The notes under the pieces were generated by a model. The model searched no databases. It worked only from the letters and a program-made list of their open reading frames with translations, and was not told the DNA's origin. This document shows positions 9,084 to 13,107 of a stretch of DNA of 13,107 nt, piece after piece. Position 1 is the first letter of the stretch. The number at the start of each line of letters is the position of its first letter. This stretch comes from Utricularia gibba (taxonomy: Eukaryota; Plantae; Magnoliophyta): the NCBI GenBank assembly GCA_002189035.1, contig NEEC01000310.1, positions 1 through 13,107 on the forward strand, given 5' to 3'. Made by a program: the position numbers and the translations under genes.

Positions 9084-11271
9084 CCTAGAGCGCCTCCTCA
9101 AATATAAATCAGGTTGTTGAGAAAACCATTTGGGGTGCTCATGACATCCTAACTTCAGCAAATGCATCACGATTTTCATCGAGTAGTACCCGATTGGGCT
9201 CAGGAGCCAGACCGAACCTTGGGCCCTAACAAAGCTGCCAACGACAGCACTCGCCTTAAAACGGCAAGCTATTGCTTGAAAAACCATTTAGGCAGCCGCC
9301 GAAAACCCATCGTTGATAAATGCATCACTTATTTTCCGGGCTACAACTGACTATTGGCCTGAGCCCGACCCGACCTCTGGCCCAATCCCGAAACCCTCCG
9401 AGAGCGCCTTCTCAAATATATAGCAGAGTGTTGAGAAAACCCATTGGGGTTCTCATGACATCCTAACTAAAGCAAATGCATTACGATTTCGTCGAGTACG
9501 ACCCGATTGGGCTTAGTAGCCAGACCGAATCTCGGGCCCTGACAAAGCTCCCAACTACAGCACCCACCTTAAAACGGCAAGCTGTTGCTTGAAAAACCAT
9601 TTAGGCAGCCGCCGAAAACCCATCGTTGATAAATGCATCACTTATTTTCCGGGCTACAACTGACTATTGGCCTGAGCCCGACCCGACCTCTGGCCCAATC
9701 CCGAAACCCTCCGAGGGCGCCTTCTCAAATATATAGCAGAGTGTTGAGAAAACCCATTGGGGTTCTCATGACATCCTAACTACATCAAATGCGTTACGAT
9801 TTTCGTCGAGTGCGACCCGATTGGGCTTAGTAGCCAGACCGAATCTCGGGCCGGACAAAGCTCCCAACGACAGCACCCGCCTTTAAATGGCAAGCTGTTG
9901 CTTGAAAAACCATGTGGGCAGCCGCCGACAACCCAACGTTAATAAATGCATCACTTCTTTTGCCGGGCTACAGCTGACTTTGGGCTCAAGCCGACCCGAA
10001 TCCGGCCCGATCTCGGTGACCCACAAAAGCGCCTTGTCAAGTGTAAAGCATTGTTGAAAAAACCATTTGGGGTGGTCATGAGATCCTAACTTCAATAAAG
10101 GTGTCACGATTTTCGTCGAATGGGATCGGATTGTGCTGTGAAGTCAGACCGAACCTTGGGTCCGGACGAAGTTCCCAACAACAGCACCCGCAAAAAAACG
10201 ACAACTTTTCCTCGAAAAAAGCATGTAGGCAGCCGCCGAAAACCCAACGTTAATAAATGCATCACTTTTTTGGCCGGGCTACAAATGACTATGGGCCAGA
10301 GCACGACTCGACCATTTGCTCGATACTAGTGCCAGCCTAGAGCGCCTCCTCAAATATAAATCAGGTTGTTGAGAAAACCATTTGGGTGCTCATGACATCC
10401 TAACTTCAAAAATGCATCACGATTTTCATCGAGTAGCACCCGATTGGGCTCAGGAGCCAGACCGAACCTTGGGCCCTTACAAAGCTGCCAACGACAGCAC
10501 CCGCCTTAAAATGGCAAGCTATTGCTTGAAAAACCATTCAGGCAGCCGCCGAAAACCCAACGTTGATAAATGCATCACTTATTTTCCGGGCTTCAACTAA
10601 CTATGGGCCATAGCCCGACCCGACCTCTGGCCCAATCCCGAAACCCCCAAGAGCGCCTTCTGAAATATAAAGTAGAGTGTTGAGAAAACCCATTGGGGTT
10701 CTCATGACATCCTAAAATAAAGCAAATGCATTACGATTTCGTCGAGTACGACCCGATTGGGCTTAGTAGCCAGACCGAATCTCGGGCCCTGACAAAGCTC
10801 CCAACAGCACCCACCTTAAAACGGCAAGCTGTTGCTTGAAAAACCATTTAGGCAGCCGCCGAAAACCCAACGTTGATATATGCATCACTTATTTTCGGGC
10901 CACAACTGACTATGGGCCTGAGCCCGACCCGACCTCTGGCCCAATCCTGAAACCCCCCAAGAGCGCCTTCTGAAATATAAAGTAGAGTGTTGAGAAAAAC
11001 CCATTGGGGTTCTCATGACATCCTAACTACAGCAAATGCGTTACGATTTTCGTCGAGTGCGACCCGATTGGGCTTAGTAGCCAGACCGAATCTCGGGCCG
11101 GACAAAGCTCCCAACGACAGCACCCGCCTTTAAATGGCAAGCTGTTGCTTGAAAAACCATGTGGGCAGCCGCCGACAACCCAACGTTAATAAATGCATCA
11201 CTTTTTTGGCCAGGCTACAAATGACTATGGGCCAGAGCGCGAATCGACCATTTGCTCGATACTGGTGCCCG
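9084..11271. repeat. HOR copy 5 (7-mer), 2188 bp
   Basis: Monomer starts: A 9084, B 9398, C 9711, D 10023, E 10336, F 10647, G 10957. Carries C>T at 9187, C>A at 11243 and several small deletions. Confidence 0.95.
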
Positions 11272-13107
11272 CCTAGAGCGCCTCCTCAAATATAAATCAG
11301 GTTGTTGAGAAAACCATTTGGGGTGCTCATGACATCCTAACTTCAGCAAATGCATCACGATTTTCATCGAGTAGTACCCGATTGGGCTCAGGAGCCAGAC
11401 CGAACCTTGGGCCCTAACAAAGCTGCCAACGACAGCACTCGCCTTAAAACGGCAAGCTATTGCTTGAAAACCATTTAGGCAGCCGCCGAAAACCCATCGT
11501 TGATAAATGCATCACTTATTTTCCGGGCTACAACTGACTATTGGCCTGAGCCCGACCCGACCTCTGGCCCAATCCCGAAACCCTCCGAGAGCGCCTTCTC
11601 AAATATATAGCAGAGTGTTGAGAAAACCCATTGGGGTTCTCATGACATCCTAACTAAAGCAAATGCATTACGATTTCGTCGAGTACGACCCGATTGGGCT
11701 TAGTAGCCAGACCGAATCTCGGGCCCTGACAAAGCTCCCAACTACAGCACCCACCTTAAAACGGCAAGCTGTTGCTTGAAAAACCATTTAGGCAGCCGCC
11801 GAAAACCCATCGTTGATAAATGCATCACTTATTTTCCGGGCTACAACTGACTATTGGCCTGAGCCCGACCCGACCTCTGGCCCAATCCCGAAACCCTCCG
11901 AGGGCGCCTTCTCAAATATATAGCAGAGTGTTGAGAAAACCCATTGGGTTCTCATGACATCCTAACTACATCAAATGCGTTACGATTTTCGTCGAGTGCG
12001 ACCCGATTGGGCTTAGTAGCCAGACCGAATCTCGGGCCGGACAAAGCTCCCAACGACAGCACCCGCCTTTAAATGGCAAGCTGTTGCTTGAAAAACCATG
12101 TGGGCAGCCGCCGACAACCCAACGTTAATAAATGCATCACTTCTTTTGCCGGGCTACAGCTGACTTTGGGCTCAAGACCGACCCGAATCCGGCCCGATCT
12201 CGGTGACCCACAAAAGCGCCTTGTCAAGTGTAAAGCATGCTGTTGAAAAAAACCATTTGGGGTGGTCATGAGATCCTAACTTCAATAAAGGTGTCACGAT
12301 TTTCGTCGAATGGGATCGGATTGTGCTGTGAAGTCAGACCGAACCTTGGGTCCGGACGAAGTTCCCAACAACAGCACCCGCAAAAAAACGACAACTTTTC
12401 CTCGAAAAAAGCATGTAGGCAGCCGCCGAAACCCAACGTTAATAAATGCATCAACGTTAATAAATGCATCACTTTTTTGGCCGGGCTACAAATGACTATG
12501 GGCCAGAGCACGACTCGACCATTTGCTCGATACTAGTGCCAGCCTAGAGCGCCTCCTCAAATATAAATCAGGTTGTTGAGAAAACCATTTGGGGTGCTCA
12601 TGACATCCTAACTTCAAAAAATGCATCACGATTTTCATCGAGTAGCACCCGATTGGGCTCAGGAGCCAGACCGAACCTTGGGCCCTTACAAAGCTGCCAA
12701 CGACAGCACCCGCCTTAAAATGGCAAGCTATTGCTTGAAAAACCATTCAGGCAGCCGCCGAAAACCCAACGTTGATAAATGCATCACTTATTTTCCGGGC
12801 TTCAACTAACTATGGGCCATAGCCCGACCCGACCTCTGGCCCAATCCGAAACCCCCAAGAGCGCCTTCTGAAATATAAAGTAGAGTGTTGAGAAAACCCA
12901 TTGGGGTTCTCATGACATCCTAAATAAAGCAAATGCATTACGATTTCGTCGAGTACGACCCGATTGGGCTTAGTAGCCAGACCGAATCTCGGGCCCTGAC
13001 AAAGCTCCCAACTACAGCACCCACCTTAAAACGGCAAGCTGTTGCTTGAAAAACCATTTAGGCAGCCGCGAAAACCCAACGTTGATATATGCATCACTTA
13101 TTTTCCG
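11272..13107. repeat. HOR copy 6, partial (A-B-C-D-E and most of F), cut by the window edge
   Basis: Monomer starts: A 11272, B 11585, C 11898, D 12210, E 12543, F 12855. D is 333 bp because of an 18-bp duplication. Confidence 0.95.
12434..12469. repeat. 18-bp perfect tandem duplication (CAACGTTAATAAATGCAT x2) in monomer D of HOR 6
   Basis: The sequence reads ...CC CAACGTTAATAAATGCAT CAACGTTAATAAATGCAT CACTT..., whereas all other D copies have one unit. The unit is bounded by a CA microhomology. Confidence 0.92.

Larger units (their letters stand above)
1..13107. repeat. Tandem satellite array: ~313-bp monomers (41 complete + 1 partial), head-to-tail, organised as a ~2.19-kb 7-monomer higher-order repeat
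   Basis: Anchor motifs (CC(T/G/A)AGAGCGCC-like, GAAAACCCATT/AAAACCATTT, TCATGA, AAATGCATCAC) recur every 310-315 bp from the first base to the last. No unique sequence and no inversion were seen. Identical ORF translations recur at ~2194-2196-bp spacing (e.g. 4637/6831/9027 and 5493/7687). Confidence 0.99.

Noticed and set aside
740-12809. All 61-103-aa ORFs in the supplied track (e.g. MVFQAIAC..., MHHDFHRV..., MGSDCAVK..., MTHKSALS...)
   Set aside because: They are short, overlap on both strands, recur only because the DNA repeats, and are made or broken by 1-bp indels between copies. Many start at the ATG of the ATGCAT motif. I recognise no domain in them. They are consistent with chance ORFs in ~50% GC satellite.
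1-13107. CRISPR array
   Set aside because: There are no unique spacers: the sequence between conserved motifs is itself repeated and homologous. The period (157/313 bp) is far too long, and there are no cas genes.
1-13107. 5S rDNA, tRNA, snRNA or spliced-leader tandem gene array (suggested by the ~300-bp period)
   Set aside because: I find no 5S rRNA sequence or internal A/C boxes, no tRNA cloverleaf, and no conserved gene plus variable spacer partition. An Infernal/Rfam scan would settle it.
1-13107. Transposon or LTR-derived structure
   Set aside because: There are no terminal inverted repeats, target-site duplications, PBS/PPT or coding remnants. Origin of the monomer from a mobile element cannot be excluded without a database search, but nothing here supports it.
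1-13107. Assignment to a named satellite (CentO, CentC, CEN180, alpha satellite) or organism
   Set aside because: Only the unit length and architecture are similar. I cannot see convincing sequence similarity from memory, so no name is given.

Overview
The whole 13,107-bp window is one uninterrupted, single-orientation tandem satellite array of roughly 50% GC (estimated by eye). I see no credible gene, RNA gene, transposon or CRISPR. It has three nested periods. (1) An old, diverged ~156-157-bp subunit. (2) A ~313-bp monomer that is a head-to-tail dimer of that subunit, with 41 complete copies and 1 partial copy. (3) A ~2.19-kb higher-order repeat (HOR) of 7 distinguishable monomers (A-B-C-D-E-F-G), with 5 complete copies and a partial sixth; the HOR copies are nearly identical to each other. 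One HOR is an 8-mer carrying an extra, chimeric monomer. Monomer relationships (A~E, B~F, C~G; G looks like C-head plus D-tail) suggest the 7-mer arose from a duplicated 4-mer that lost one monomer, followed by gene-conversion-like homogenisation between neighbours. The architecture resembles eukaryotic centromeric or pericentromeric HOR satellites, and the substitution contexts hint at a plant host. Both points are inferences, and I do not recognise the family or organism. The ORF-track entries appear to be repeat artefacts. All alignments and counts were done by eye.
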